Positions 12,812 to 27,102 of a stretch of 64,000 bases of DNA are shown piece after piece. Each line of letters opens with the position of its first letter. The first letter of the stretch is position 1. The notes under the pieces were generated by a model. That model had not been told where the DNA came from and made no database searches. It saw only the letters and a program-made list of their open reading frames with translations. The DNA lies in the NCBI RefSeq assembly GCF_018977255.1, contig NW_024704742.1:98582001-98646000 (forward strand). Reading direction: 5' to 3'. The position numbers were made by a program, and so were the translations under genes. Source of the stretch: Callorhinchus milii (lineage: Eukaryota).

Positions 12812-12952
12812 TAAAAATATGGAAATACACAGATGAAATGCCCAAATGTGTGTACATGTATTAAAACATGGGAAAACACAAATTAAATGCGTGTCATATC
12901 AGATTAAAACATGGAAAACACAGATAAAATTAGTGTATTCATTCAGACTAAA
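12812..12952. repeat. Degenerate tandem repeat, about three units of 43-50 bp
   Basis: TAAAA(C/T)ATGG(G)AAA(A/T)ACACA...AAAT recurs three times. Confidence 0.6.
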
Positions 12953-13359
12953 ATAACCAATCAATGTGACAATAATAGTATACTAGAAGATTGGTGCCAA
13001 TGTACATTAGGCCAAAATAAATATACTGTATAATTCCACTCGAATAGAAATTTAAGGTTACTGTTTCTCCACACATAATTTATTTTGATGCAGCTGAAAG
13101 GCCAATGATCCTGAGGTCAGTTTGCTCTTGCAGAATTTAAGAGATGATATTTCTGATTGTTTTTGTTTGGTGTTGAAGGAAAAGTGAAATTTTCTTGTGT
13201 ATTTTTTTTCTTTTAAGAGCAGAGATGATTTCCTGGTCTCAACAAGGCACGTCAGACCTGGGAAATGGACTATGTTCCCATTTCAAACACTCTGCTCTCG
13301 GTATCAAAGATTTTCAGGTCAGATATGGTCTCTCTCTCGCTCTCATTCTTGCCCCCGAT

Positions 13360-13830
13360 TAAGAAAGTTGGGGTTTCAAGCCCACGTCAGAACTTTGAGC
13401 TCATAGACCAGACTGACACTTGAATGGTGTGTTTGGAAGAGCGCTGCATTATTAGAGCCTCCAAATATCGGATGAGACAATAAACCAAGCTGGTGTCTAC
13501 CCGTTTAGGTAGATGTGAAAGATCCAATGGCACTATTCAAAAAGGGAAGGGAGTTTCTCCTGAAGTCCTGGCCAACAACCCTCCGATTAAAATTGATCAT
13601 TCACTTCATGCCCGTTTGTGGTATTAGGCTGGCCTTAAATGGTTGGAGAACTGAAGTAAACAACCAATTTTATCTGGGTAATTGTTGTTCAGGACATCAA
13701 GAGGGCTCCCAGGATTCCCTTCTTTCAAATAGTGCCATGGGCTCTTTAATGTCCACAGAACAGGCAGACGAGACCTCAATTTAACACTTCATTTAAAAAC
13801 AAATGTATAGTTTGCCTACAAATACATAGT
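13360..13830 (+). mobile_element. SINE family B copy containing an inverted family B fragment (about 13655-13795)
   Basis: Deu-like core on plus, its reverse complement at 13655-13795, then the tail resumes (agtttgcctacaaatac). Confidence 0.7.
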
Positions 13831-15099
13831 GCCTACATTTGACAATAATTGCAATGTTATAAGACCGCTTATAATTGCAGAGTTTAACGTTACACAAGGA
13901 CAGTTGTGCTGCATTTGCTTTTCCCTAAATTCTTGCTAAGTGGGATGGCTTTCAATTCATTAGAGCTGAAAGCTTGGCTTTGAAGCTAAATAAAACAGCA
14001 ATATAAGAAAGAAAAAAAACTCCTTGCAGTCTCAAAGATAGGCACTGGCATCAATAATAATATAAAAAGGTTATAATTGCCAGTAGATTATCAAGAGCTG
14101 CTGAATCTTAATGAAGAAATATCTTCCAAACCAAAGGTAGCCCGAATTTTAGAACTCAAATGAAGTATCATCCTTGTTGCCTGAGCACTTGGAGAATAAC
14201 AATGTCTTCTATGTTGTATCTAAACAGTCCACATCAGCACTTACCCCAATTACCTTGGTCTGTAATGCTATCTCGCCTTGTCAAATTCCTCCCCATCATC
14301 ACTTTTCAGTTTGGCATTGTGCTTTGGTGGTTCAAGCAAGATCACCTGTTGTGTGATTGATTTTCCCAAATCTAATTTCCCACCTTCAGTATCAATAGCC
14401 ATTCTATGCCTGGACGTCCCCTGAGAACTGCACATGATAGTGGATCAGCACAGAGAGTTTGAAGTCATGGAACGTGAGCCTGCAGATGATGGAGCCTGAA
14501 GTGAATGTTATCTTAGCCGAGAATGACTTTCTAGATTGTTTACCAAATGTATGAATTTAACAAGTAAAGCAGCTTGCTAAGAGCCAGTTTGGGGAAAGGG
14601 CTTAACTCATTGCTTGTTTTTATTACAAACTGATGTGGCCTTCAAAGTTTTTAAATTGAGATTTGTGTTTGTGTTTTGTTTCCTAGTGGCAAGCTCTGCT
14701 AGGAGGAAAACAAAAGTTAGATGGATGGTTTCTTAAATCTAGATATCATCTGCAAATCCAAAGGGAAAACAAAATCCCATTAATTATCACTGTCAATTGG
14801 CCTTCATTTTGGTTCTCACAGCATTTATAATAGGGTCGAAATTCCAGTGCCTTGGGACCTCCTCCCGACAAAGGGACTCTACAAATGTAATTTGTTGTTG
14901 TTAGCCATTTGGTGCTTGAGTAAAGGTCCTTGGGAGTTGTTCGATGTATGTTTTTGTAGCACCAAGAAGGGCTGATATCTAATCCTGAGGTTCCTTGTTC
15001 TTAATTGTCCTGCCTGAGACTTCTGATATGAAAATTGTGAATCGTGGCCAGAAAGAACACAAATTTCATACATTTTTCACCAGATAATGACTCTTGCCA

Positions 15100-15272
15100 A
15101 TCTCCGCCTAATATTTTACAGAATTAGGTAACATGGAATGGAATGTACATTTCATTCCAACAATCTCTCTCTGGGATTTCCACGTAAAGGAATTCTCAGT
15201 TTGGTTTGGATACTCTTAAGCACGGTGATTGTTTTCTGCATGTGACAGACACCCGGCTGACCAAAATAAATA
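15100..15272 (+). mobile_element. Repeat family C short 3' fragment (another at 58665-58768)
   Basis: GGTTTGGATACTCTTAAGCACGGTGAT...CACCCGGCTGACCAAAATAAA. Confidence 0.75.
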
Positions 15273-15589
15273 ATGGCCGGTCTAAAATAATCATACAAAT
15301 AAAGAAAAAGTTAACACATTTGGAATTAGAACCTGCCTACCCAAGGTCTGTCCCTGTAAAGTTGGTTTCCTGTTAGGTTGGCCGGGGGAACGAGGGGCGG
15401 TGCCAGCAGTTGAAAAAGTGTAGGTATGTTTGTGTGAATCAGAGACTGGTAGTAGTGCATTCATTATCAAATTCAGTGAAGAGACTTTATGCCAACACAA
15501 ATTAGTTATGAACAAATTTTCAGATACTGTATTCCTTAATGTATCCCTTGCTTGCGAAGCAACATTGCAGAATTTTACCCCTATGTTTG

Positions 15590-15985
15590 TCAGTTTTGTA
15601 GTTTGGCTCTATTGGTAGCATGCTTGCCTCTAGGTCCAACAACTGTGGGCTCATACCATGGTGTGTCCTCTGAAATTTATGATCTAGGGTGAGAATTCAG
15701 TACACTACCGAGAGAGCATTGATGGAGGAGCCATTCTCACGATAAGAGCTTGTTTTGGTTCGATAGGATAAAGATCGGAAGATACTATTTCAAGAAGAGA
15801 ATTTTATATCCAAATTCACGAAAAAGCAGTTTAATCGGCCATTAATCTCATTACTCTTTGTGGGACTTTGCCAGTGCAGATTAGATGTTGTATTTACCTA
15901 CAAAGTTATAGTTATCAAACTTCAAAGTAGCTTATACTGTAAAGCTTTAAGGTATATCAAGGTGATAAGGTGCTATATCAAATCC
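15590..15985 (+). mobile_element. Degenerate SINE family B-like copy
   Basis: Diverged head TGGCTCTATTGGTAGCATGCTTGCCTCT, core and tail AGGTGCTATATCAAAT. Confidence 0.6.
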
Positions 15986-16616
15986 ATAGTTTATATTTTC
16001 TTGCAAGGCTCAAGCCCAAACCGCTCTGAACCTGCAAACCAATTCCTATCAAAGAAATGATAATACTCTGTTTGTTTCATTAATATAATCCTATACATAT
16101 TTATGCATCCAGCCATCTTACAACTCAGTAAACCATGGAAAAACATTAACGTATTAATTTTTTGTACTGTTCAAAACCTGCAGGGTCTGAAAGTGTCCTA
16201 ACAATTCTATTTTGTCATATTCATAGGAAACAAATGTGAAAGTGGATATTATATTTAAAATAAACATATAGCCCTCTAGCAACTTGGAAAAGTCTAACTA
16301 TTTATTTGTGTTTTATAGCCAAAAAGCGCTTTCTTTGCCTCGAAGGCTTTGTTTGGGGTTGAAATAAATGGCTGTGATAGAAGAGGTGGAGTTGATTTTT
16401 AAAAAAAGTAAATGGAATTCTGTTTTATTCCAACACTTAAATATATTTTTGAAAAGTGTAATGACTGATTTAATGACTTCTGTAACAATAAATTGCCTGA
16501 TGTCAACCAAGGTTTTAATTGTATAATGCACCACAATAAAGTATCTATATATCACCGGAAAGCACTTTAGTAATGTCGGAACCTGATCATTTGTTTGTTC
16601 AGCTACTTGCAGGTGG

Positions 16617-16740
16617 TATCAGCCTGGCTCAGTTGTCAGTACTCTTGCCTCTGAGTCAGAAGGTTGTGGGTTCAAGCCCCACTTTGGGACTTTAAACTCA
16701 CAGTCCATACTGACACTCCAATGTCATGTGGGCTGGAGGA
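16617..16740 (+). mobile_element. SINE family B head fragment
   Basis: ATCAGCCTGGCTCAGTTG...GCCTCTGAGTCAGAAGGTTGTGGGTTCAAGCCCC. Confidence 0.75.
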
Positions 16741-17917
16741 AGCACTCTTTCCCTTGTGAACACCTTTCCTTGAAGCTTTGTAGCAATTATGCCATTGGAG
16801 CACTTTGTAGCCACCAGTGCGTTTGGTACATGAGGCAAGGAAGAACATTTGTAAAAGAAAAACTAAACATATATTACTAACTCTTCCATTAGATTCTCAG
16901 GTACCAATTTCTCAATTTAGTTCAAAATGAAAATAGATTACAAGCATTTAGTTTTAGTTTTAATAAAATGTATAAAAATAACGTGTTCACAACAGTGGGT
17001 GGACTGTGGACTGCCAACATTTGACAATTTGTGTCACTGTTGAAAGAAGTCTGTGACTTTTAATCTCTGAAGTGTTTTTGCTGTTGATGCTCAGGCTAGT
17101 AAAATTAAGTCAGTTCCTTTAGTGTATTCAGACTCTAATGTTGAAAGACAACAAGTGGGGAAAAAAAACTTAATAAAGTCATATGATGTGCTATGATCAT
17201 TATTTTGTTCAGTGTGTTAAAAGCAGATGACAACTCAATAGGAATGAAAATCATTTTCCATTCAGTATTTTTTTCAAAGATGTTAAAACTGCATTGATGA
17301 ACCCAGGATTAGTTCTTACAAAAGTTTTATTCTAATCTCTTTATGACTGTTTCAAACCATATTTGTAAATGGATTGACTCCGTTTTTCAGATCTCCAGAA
17401 ATCTACACAATTTCAGGTCTACCCATCATTTTATTGAGAGAATATAGCAGAGAGAATCTCTTCCTCAATAGCTCTCTCACAGCTCCAGGCTGCATTCACA
17501 ATCAGCCCACAATTCACATGATGGCTTATCTAAACTAGACACATTTTAACAGAATTGATGAGTACAGCATGAGAGTTTTAAATTGTAGATTTCTGGCTAA
17601 GTGAGTGATCCACTCAACTCAGCTGGAGCATGTTGATCAATCTGTTGGCTCAACTGATCAGGATTACACAAATGCAATAATGGAGTCTAACTCGCAAGAG
17701 TTTGAAATGGTTTTGTAACAAGCAAATCCTGCCAATGGATGTTTCTAAGGCTGACCAGCCACAACTCTTCAATCTGAATTCCGACTTCCTTGAAGGCAAC
17801 TTACGATCAAAGGCGGCTCCTGGGGCCCAGCAGGAGATCAGCATCAATCAGCATCCAAACAGACTTTCAGCAGGTCAGCCTCTGACATGTCTAAGTACCA
17901 GAGGTGTCAGCCTGGAG

Positions 17918-18162
17918 AGTCAATTGCGCACAGCAGTGTTCCATAAACATTCATGGATTGAGGGACCAATTTTTTTAAGGGATCATTACCTCCAGAAAAG
18001 TGATCAGCCTATCGATTAGTAACTGGGTTCCTACTTACTACTAGATAAACCGAAACTTGTGGAATAAGGAAACTTGACCAACATTTCACCCTGCCCAGGA
18101 ATCAAACTCAGATCCTCTCAGCTTTTGAGCCAAGTGCTCTAACCACTAAGCTACAGGACTCC
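17918..18162 (-). mobile_element. SINE family A, long subtype
   Basis: Reverse complement of the GGAGTCCTGTAGCTTAGTGG head plus long core; directly abuts a plus-strand family B 3' half at 18163-18350. Confidence 0.8.
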
Positions 18163-19559
18163 AGAAGTGAGTTTATCCTGGTGATCTGACCAACAATCCC
18201 CCAGGTAAAATTGATCATTCACTTTTTGGCTGTTTGTGGAACATTGCTGTGCAAATTGGCTGCCACATTCACCTACAAAATCATGCAGTAAATCCTGCAA
18301 AGCCTCCCCTCCATGAAAGGCACTATATCAAATGCAAGGATTGTTATTGCACAAGGATTACTGTACAAAGAATGATATCTGCAGTGTAATCTTGTTCAGT
18401 CAATGAATTGCATCAGCCCTGCATTTTATTAAGGTGTATGGCAAGAAAGGGATATTGTGATTAAAAGTTCTGCCAAGATCTAATGGATCAGTGAAGCAGG
18501 CTTGATTGACTAAATGGTTACAGAACTGAAACAAGCCATTTTGCCCATTAATTTTGCACCAGTATTTCTCCACATCAGCCATCTAATTTAACCCCGATCT
18601 CTTGCTTGCTCCCAGTACCCTTTAAAGGATCTATCTATTTCCCTTTTTTTTAAAAATTGGACTCTGGTTACATATCTCCCCATTGTACAATGTGAAAAGA
18701 ATCCCATTTAAGGATTTCTGCGGCAGATATAAAGCCATTCACCTTTTGCGAAAAGCATTTTTAAAGTATTAAGAACATTTTTGAAGAATATATGAGCATG
18801 ATTCTGACTGTCTCTCAGGAACACAATTCATATGAATTTGCAATATGGCACTTTGAACATGTTGGATGAAACAGTACCTGATACATTCTGATTATTGATG
18901 CTATTAGCAATAAAAGATAATGGATATTTTGAGTAAAAGAGATTTCAGGTTCTTTTGTCTGGCACTATTGTTGGCAAAGAAGGTAATCCTTCAACATAAG
19001 AAGGATAAGCAACCCCGCTGCTCTCAATAGTGAGTGGATTTATCTCCTTGCAGAAGTAGTTGAAACTGAAAAGACTGCCTCCAGGGCAAATGGGAAGAGA
19101 TGTGGCAGTTTACTACAAAAAGAATTCAGCCCGGCTAAATTGAACAGCTTGATTCCCAAAGAGATAGTAATATTGGATAACACATTGAATAAAAATTGAT
19201 AATCATATGAATGTAAAATGAGGTGTTATAACCACTTAATTCGAGCTAAAGGTACTCTAATACACACCCTGATTTCTTTACTTATATTGTCTTTTATTGT
19301 AATGTAGACTTCTGCCTTTTTTGTTCTTTCTTCTTTGTTGCTGTCATACGATTTGATGTTGACTTACACTTGATAATGATTATTGAGAGAAATTGGTTTG
19401 GTAGGAGTGAAATTGATAAGCAAAGGAAAGATGAAATCATCCATCTGGGAGTTTATACTGGAAAAGGAGGTGGGAGGAAACAAAAAATTGCAAGGAAGCA
19501 GAAGTCGAAAATATTGAAAGCTGGATAAAAAGATTTCAAAGGTTTCCACGAGAGCATAA

Positions 19560-20515
19560 GAGAGGTTTGGATGAAGAAGGCTCTTCAGAACATTTGATCT
19601 CTTCCTTCCGGAAGACCCACCCTACCATGCTCCCATCACAGCATCAAGCTGCTTTTGAATACAGTCCACTGTCTAGAAACCTGTTCCAGTTGTTAATTAC
19701 CCTTTGCATAAAGAAAGACTTCTTTTCAAATTGTCCTGTGCAGCGTTAAAACTATTGCCTCTTGTTCTGGTGTGTCAGTATGTGCAAAGTTTAGTTTGGA
19801 GTTTACTTTTTCAATCCGTTTAAAATTTTATACTTCTCTATGAAGTCCCTTCGACACATCGCCTTTCAGGACTGAAGAACAGCAGCTTGTCTATTCATTA
19901 TTTGTAGCTCATTCCTCTAACATTGATGATCATCCTCATGCTCATTGCACTGTTTCTTGAGCCTGGTCAGCATATGACATGACAATCAGAACTGTATGCA
20001 GTAATAATAATAATAATCCTTGCATTTGATATAGCGCTTTTCACGTCAGGAGGACGTCCCAAAGCACTTCACAGAACACACTGTAAAGTGAATTGACTAT
20101 ATATTTGTGGGCGAACGCGGCAGCCAATTGCGCACAGCAATGTCCCACAAACAGTCGTAGATTGAAAATGACCAATTTAATTATTATTTTTGGTTTTTGG
20201 AGGGATTATTATTAGGCGTGTGGAGTAAGGAAACTTGCCCAAGGTTTCGCCCTGTGCCTGGAATTGAACTCAGGTCTCTCACTTGCAAAGCGAGTACTCT
20301 AACCACTGAGCTATAGGACTCCACTCAAGGTGCGGAGGACTATATAGCTTGAGTATGATATTGAACTCAATTGATTTAGTAATGTAGACCAGCATCCTGT
20401 TTGCTTTGCTTATTGTTGCCTCACACAGTTTTGTCATACTGTGTAATAAGTAAATTAATATCCTTAAATCTCTTTCAACTTCTCCCTTGACAAGTTCTAT
20501 CCCATTCATATAGAA
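19560..20515 (-). mobile_element. CR1-type LINE 3' fragment (decayed), split by a SINE
   Basis: ERDLRILI...CEATISKANRMLVYITKSI...LKLYSPPHLE on one side of the SINE and YCIQF on the other: the CR1 post-RT motif. Confidence 0.8.
20002..20322 (-). mobile_element. SINE family A (short, young) inserted in a CR1 fragment
   Basis: Near-identical reverse complement of 49751-50058 and 52361-52678. Confidence 0.95.
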
Positions 20516-21314
20516 TATGGAGTCCTGTAGCTCAGTGGATAGAGCACCCACCTCACAAGTAAGAAACCTGGGTTTGATTCCCAGCAGGACGAAACACTGA
20601 GAAAACTCATTAGTGAGAATTATCACATCATATTTTCACCCCACTGTTATTGCATTATAAAACCCAACATTTATAACCATTGAAAAGTATTTTTAATACA
20701 AAAATCTCAGTTAAATAGATCTGTCCAGCACAATTTCTCCTTCTTGATACCCATGCAACGTGTATCATTGTTTACTATCAGAGAGGAAAAATGTTTCTAT
20801 GTGAGTAGCCTTTGATGTCATTTGACCTAGTATCCCTCAGGGCTTTCTGTCTCAGTGCTGTTACACTCCAGTTTTCAGTCATTGGATATAAATAATGTTC
20901 CCTTCTTTACAATCCAGCTAATTGCTGCCTATGTTCAAACGGGATTCCCTCATGGGGGAAGAAGATCTCTTCATGGGGGAAATAAAGTATGAAGATGTAC
21001 TACAAAACCAAAAACAGCAGCTCCAACTGATAGAAAAGCTTATTAATTCAAGAGGTCTTCATAAGAGGAGCCAGCACTTCACTGCAGGGAATATTAAAAA
21101 ACACACACCATGACTTTATTGTGTAACTGTCAGATCAAATCCATTGTGATGTCTGCTTCAAGACTCCCAGCTGTTGTCACTGCTCCTCTTCTAGTCTACA
21201 TCCCTCTAGGCTCTCTACATTAAGCTTAATATATAGTCTATAGCAGTGACATTGCAGTAGGCACTTTGTGGCCTTTGGTCACATTTGCTTGTATTGAAGT
21301 AGGTAGCTCACAAG

Positions 21315-21905
21315 AAATAGTGGGATGGAGTTCCAAAGAGTGGGGGCAGAGAGGGTGAAAGCCCGGCCACCAACGGTAGGGCAGGTTAGGTGGGAGACCT
21401 GGAGCAGGCCGGAGCCTGCTGAGCGGAAGGAACGGAGTGGTTGATAGGGGGTCAGCAGTCAGAGATGTAGGAGGGGGCAAGGCTGTGGAGGGCCTTGAAA
21501 ATGAGGAGGAGGATTTTGAATTCTATCCTCTGACGGAATGGGGACCCAGTGGAACCGGGCGAGGGTGGGGGTAATGGGGGTCACAGAGCCTGTTGTGGGA
21601 GAGGACACAAGCTGCAGAGTTCTGGATGATCTTCAGCTTGTGGAGGGAAGAGTTGGGGAGACGAACAAGTAGGGAGTTTCTGTAGTCGAGCCTTGAGGTG
21701 ACGAATGCGCGTATGAGGTTTTGACGGCCTGAGGGGTGAGGCAGTGGCGGAGTCAGGCAATGTTGCAGAGGTGGGGGACAGCAGAGCAGGTCCTGGCACA
21801 AATATGAGGAAGAAAGGACAGAAAGGACAAGACACCCAGATTCTTAACTGGCTTGGTGAGGTGGAGTGTGCAACCGTGAATGCTGATGCTGCCAGTGCCT
21901 CGGCT
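21315..21905 (-). mobile_element. L2 LINE 3' fragment
   Basis: VKNLGV, LIRAFVTSRLDYRNSLL...LKIIQNSAA: L2 ORF2 C-terminal motifs, with frameshifts. Confidence 0.9.
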
Positions 21906-22559
21906 GTAGTTCTTATCCCATTCATCACTAGCCACACTCCACACTTCTCAGTGTAGGTAAAAACACTGCATAGACTCTGAGAGTAAGGTGCTGTTTTGGC
22001 TCTTAGCCAGCGAACAAGGCAGGCATCTTTAAATGGCTGTGTTTTTTCTACTAAAGCTTGAAAGCAGTGGTGAAACAGTTCACCTTTAGAGCTGAATATA
22101 AATCAAAGTAGAAGCAATTCTCACCTTTCATCTTTTCTGTAGATAAACCTCCAATAGAATTTTAAAGAGCAAGTTTATTGAGAGTCTAGGTAAGACGTGC
22201 AGCTAATATAACTTGAGTACCATAACCTTGAAGCCTGAACTTTAAATTCAGTGGTCCTAAAGCATGAACCCTTTGAAGCTGAATCTATCTTGCAATCTGA
22301 ACTAACCCACAGTTTGATCCATCTATATTATAAGGTGTTCCAATACACTCACCCATTTTACCATCTTGATTCATTTATAAAAGCCAGTGACTAGCTATCA
22401 CAGAAGATTCCTATTACCGTGTAATTTAGTAAAAGGAAAATCCAAAATACTTATTTCTGCTATTTTTTGAAAATACTGTACTAAGTTCCAACAATAATAA
22501 ATCAGAATCACTGCATTGAAATGTGCTGCAATGTCAGAAAACACCCTTCCGAAGAGATC

Positions 22560-22770
22560 TAAAACCAAGGTTCTGACTGATGTTAAAGATCCACTGGCAC
22601 TATTCAAACAGAGAAGGATGTTCTTCCCAATAACCTGGTCAACAGTCCTCTAGATAAATTGGTCGCAAACATGGCTGTCTGTGAAATTTGTTGTGCAGAC
22701 ATTGCACTTAACACTAATTGCCTGCAAACATTTTGAGATGTTATAGTGTTTTATCAAATCACAGGAACTT
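22560..22770 (+). mobile_element. SINE family B fragment
   Basis: AAAGATCCACTGGCACTATTCAAA core and degenerate tail. Confidence 0.6.
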
Positions 22771-23889
22771 TAGTTTTTTTAATGCAGTTTTTTAAATGAA
22801 TGCAAAAGTATGCCACAGTAGCAATAAAACTATTTATCATCAACATTGCTTCATTTCTAATTAATCTTATTCCATAAAGAACTTTGAGATGTTTGAGATG
22901 TTAGTTTTAGATGAAAGTGCTATATAAATGTACGCTATTGCAATCCTATTCCAGAAATAACTTTGAGGTGTTTATTTTACTTGAAAGTGCAATCTAAATA
23001 TAAGATAGTATTGAAAATATTCCAAATGCAGATCAACAGATCAGAGTTCATTATTTAGCTTAAAGTGCCAGGATACTCTCTGTTCCTACATTACACCTGT
23101 GCCATTAGTGATGCTTACAATGGCAATGTGCAATTTAGCAGATTTTAAGAACTCAAAATATGTCATTACATGGTCTTTTAAGAACCTGTTTGTCTCTCCT
23201 GATGGGATGAAATCGGGGATGGATTTCCAAATGCAGGCATCCTTAGGTTTATCTACCAGGTGAACTGTAAACGCTGTCAAATGACATACACTGCTGCTTT
23301 GTTTGGTTTTGTTCAATATGGGGTGGAAAATAGAAATTGCATATTTGCAGTCTGGCATTTGTAAGGCCTCACTTGGATTAGTGGTAGCTCCATAGCGGTT
23401 CTAAATGAAGCAGAGTGATTTGTGATTTCCCTTCATTCTGTCAGTCAGTGTCATGTGGCATGAATTATGTACATCAGCAGGATCTAAATCAGATGAGGCA
23501 TCTGATTTAAGTTGCATGTTACAGACAGCAGTGGCCCATGAGTCTAAGGCAGATGCAGCAGCATAAGGCTGACCCTTGTGTGTTGGAGGCAGCAGGAAGG
23601 TAAGTTGCACTTTCAATATCTGTAGAAATAAGCTTGCTTGAGCTAGCAATAGGAGGATAGATGTTTGGGTCCTTGATAATTATTAATGCAAATCTGCAAA
23701 CACATTGGGATCCACAGTCGGAGCAAGTAAAACTGGAACATCGAAGCAAATATATAAGCACCTACGTTCTTGGACCATCAATGAAAAGGTGTATTGAATA
23801 GAGTATATTTTGCTTATAAGTTGAAAATACATAAGTTCATCAGGAAGATAAACTGATCCACCATTGCAGCCTTTCAAATAATTAATAAT

Positions 23890-24225
23890 AGTAAAAAAAA
23901 ACTTTGCATTTGATATAGTGCTTCAAAATATACTGTAAACTGTAATGACTGTGTATTGTGTAGGCAAATGCAACAGCCAATTTGCTCACAGCAGTGTCAA
24001 ACAAATATCCATGTGGTGAAAGATCTATTTTATCTGGGGAATTGTTGTCCAGGACACAAGACTAACTGCCTTCTCTTTTTGAATAGTGCCATGGGATCTT
24101 TAAAGTCAACCTGATCAGGCAGACAATTTAAAATCTCATTCAAAGGATAGCACTACCAACAATGCAGCGCTCTCCCAGATCACTGTATTGGAGTATCAGT
24201 CTGGACTATGAGTTCAATTTCAGGC
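23890..24225 (-). mobile_element. SINE family B
   Basis: Reverse complement of core (GAATAGTGCCATGGGATCTTT) and tail. Confidence 0.75.
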
Positions 24226-26362
24226 TGAATTGAAGGATTTTCATAATTATGCAATTTTAAATTGTATAGAAATGGCTCTAGGCTAAAAACAAGCTGTGGT
24301 TCTGTGTGTAAATCCCCTTCCTCTGTTATAGCATGCTTCCATATGGCCCAATAGCTCATGCCTCCTCATCTCTGTGCTTTGAAACCCAGATTGAATATCA
24401 ACAGACGGTAGTATTTCTGGAGTCCCCTGGTTCATGGCGCAGGACTGTAAAGTGCTGAGAGAATGCAGCCTGGATTAAGGGCAGCGCACAAAATAACAAA
24501 TGGCAAGGGATGGGACTCAAAGACCATAGTACCATCTTAGAATTCATGTAATTTTAATAAATCAATACCATCTTAATCCTTTCACTGCTTTACAACCAAA
24601 CAAAATATTCTCAGCCATCTGTTATTCTATGTCCCAGCTGGTTCACTTTTTACTTTACCAACACTAATAAATAGTGCATCTGATGTATAATAACATTTTC
24701 CACATATATTTGCTATAGTGCCGCTGACAGCAGGTAGCTGAACAAATGTGTTACTAAAATTACAATGTATTATTCAAGGAGAATCACCTTTTATCATTTT
24801 GTTTTTGGTGACCTTTTGTACTAATCATTTTGAGAGATTTGTTTGTTGAGTTACAAAATGCATTGCTTGAAATTCTGATACAATTATCTGAAAATGTTTC
24901 AAGAGCTTTTAGGTTAAAAGAGTGAAAATTTTAACAATGGAGTGTTAACGCTGAACAGTTTTGGAGCGTAAATGAAAGTGTCTGGAAGGGACGTAATCAC
25001 CGTCAAACGAGTAGCCATTCAGAACTGCCCATAATATCGCCCTCAACCACCACAACAGTCATTAATGGCCTCAGGAAAATGTCTGGTGTTTTTTAATGCC
25101 GGTTAACACTTTCAAAATTCTCCCAATATGAAATGCATCATATAAATGTAAAATATATTGCATTGATTTGCATCAGAAAAACATGGTGAAAACAAGATTA
25201 TAAAGATAAATGAAGAGAACGGCAATGCAGGAACAGCAGAATAGGGACCGGGGACCTGAAAGAACCATTACAAAGGGACGATTCCAATAGTGCTTGAGGA
25301 GAAGGTCATGGAGATTCAATTGCATTGAGTTGGGACCGTTCAGCCAGTAAAGTGGGACTCAAGCAAGGAAATGACCAGATCACGCCTTACCAAAAGGACA
25401 TGGCTGCACAAACACAAAATGTACAATGATTTGAAAGGAGTACAAAGGTCCAGTATTGCTCAGAAATAGAAGTCATGGCAGTTGCTCATTGAAGTAGCAA
25501 ATCTCCCACATGACAAAATGTGGCCAAATAACAGAAAATACTTACCATAGACAAGCTCAGCTGAGAACATTTCCGAAATTTTGTCCTACAAACTTGTTTA
25601 CGATGCGTTGGGACGTCCTCCCGACGTGAAAGGAGCTAGACAAGTGTAATCTTGTTGTTGTTGGTACTATTTGGTGTTGTATTCATGCATTATTGGAGTG
25701 CGAGGAAAATGCATATAAAATGCACAGAAGTTTGCGTGAACACGGAATCCCCCTCTCACCCCCACCCCTGCTTCATGTTAAATCAATGACCTGGACTGTA
25801 ATCTAATAGAAATTTGGTGTATTACAACAAATAAGAAAAATACAGAATTTAGGATGTATTTTAACAAAATATGTCTTAAATTTTGCCCTGAAAATTGCAT
25901 TACTTGAATTATTTTGTTGGTGGAGAAGTGTACTGAATTTCTAGCCAGCTGTCTCATCTTTGGTACTGATTAATATTCTACTCCAGACCAGAGTTCATAA
26001 ATTGGTCCTTTTTCTATTAACGCAAAATTCAACCACAGTGGCTCTGCACTGTTCACATTTAATCGCTGTTTGTATTTCAGTGAGGGTTTGGAGGTTTGCA
26101 AGTGGGAGATCAATTAATTAAACAGCCGGTTAATTATTCTTCTTCTGTGCACTGAAACTAATCATGATAGGTGAAAATGCAATTTGCTCCAGTATCGAAG
26201 TCTTTGCATTCAGCACATAAAGTGCACAATTTCTCATAGTTGTAGCAGTAGACTTATATATAAGATTATGCAGTTTTTTTCCCACATAGCAGAATGCGTG
26301 ACTGACCTTTTAACAAAAGATAGTTAAATTCAGACCAAAATATTTAGCCACAACTTGATTGT

Positions 26363-26663
26363 GAAGTCCTGTAGTTCAGTGGTTAGAGCACTCGCCTTAC
26401 AAGTGAGAGGCCTGGGTTCAATTCCTGGCAGGGCAAAAGCTTGGGCAAATTTACTTACTCCAGATGCCTGATAATAATCACTCAAAAAAAAAAACAATAC
26501 TAAATTAGTCATTTCAATCCATGACTTTTGTGGTACACTGCTGTGTGCAATTGGCTGCCACGTTTCACCCAAAAATAGTCAATTCACTTACAGTATATTC
26601 TGTGAAGCACTTTAAGATGTCTCGAAGACTTGAAAAGCGTTATATCAAATGCAAGGATTATTA
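26363..26663 (+). mobile_element. SINE family A, short subtype
   Basis: tRNA-like head, short core, L2-type tail. Confidence 0.9.
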
Positions 26664-26732
26664 GTCTACTGAATGTCTTCTAATTACTCATTGGGTGTGT
26701 TAAAATAATTGGGATGTATTACAGTATATTCT

Positions 26733-27102
26733 GGAGTCCTGTAGCTTAGTGATTAGAACACTCACCTCGCAAGTGAGAGAACCTGGGTTTGATTCCCAGG
26801 CAGGGCAAAACATTGGGCAACTTTCCTTACTCCACATGTCTCTTTTTACCTAGCAGTGAGTGGAAACCCTGTTGTTAGTCCTTCAAAATAATAATAATAA
26901 TAATTTGGTTACTCACTCCATGACTGTTTGTGGGATACTGCTGTGCACGATCGGCTACCGCGTTTCGCCCACATACAGTCAATTCACTTTACAATGTGAA
27001 TTGTAAAGCTGTATTATATGAAGCGCTTTGAGATATTTCAAAGACGTGATAACAACAAATTTATATTTGATAAGGTGCTATATCAAATGCAAAGATTATT
27101 AT
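26733..27102 (+). mobile_element. SINE family A, long subtype
   Basis: tRNA-like head plus TTTACCTAGCAGTGAGTGGAAACCCTGTTGTTAGTC core; a further SINE 3' half follows at about 27195-27366. Confidence 0.85.

Noticed and set aside
14390..14462. Acceptor plus short phase-2 frame (similar candidates at 3216 and 45671-45720)
   Set aside because: Short, no recognisable homology, expected by chance at this density
17391..17437. Acceptor-like site followed by a phase-1 Asp frame
   Set aside because: The frame closes after 15 codons; no further support
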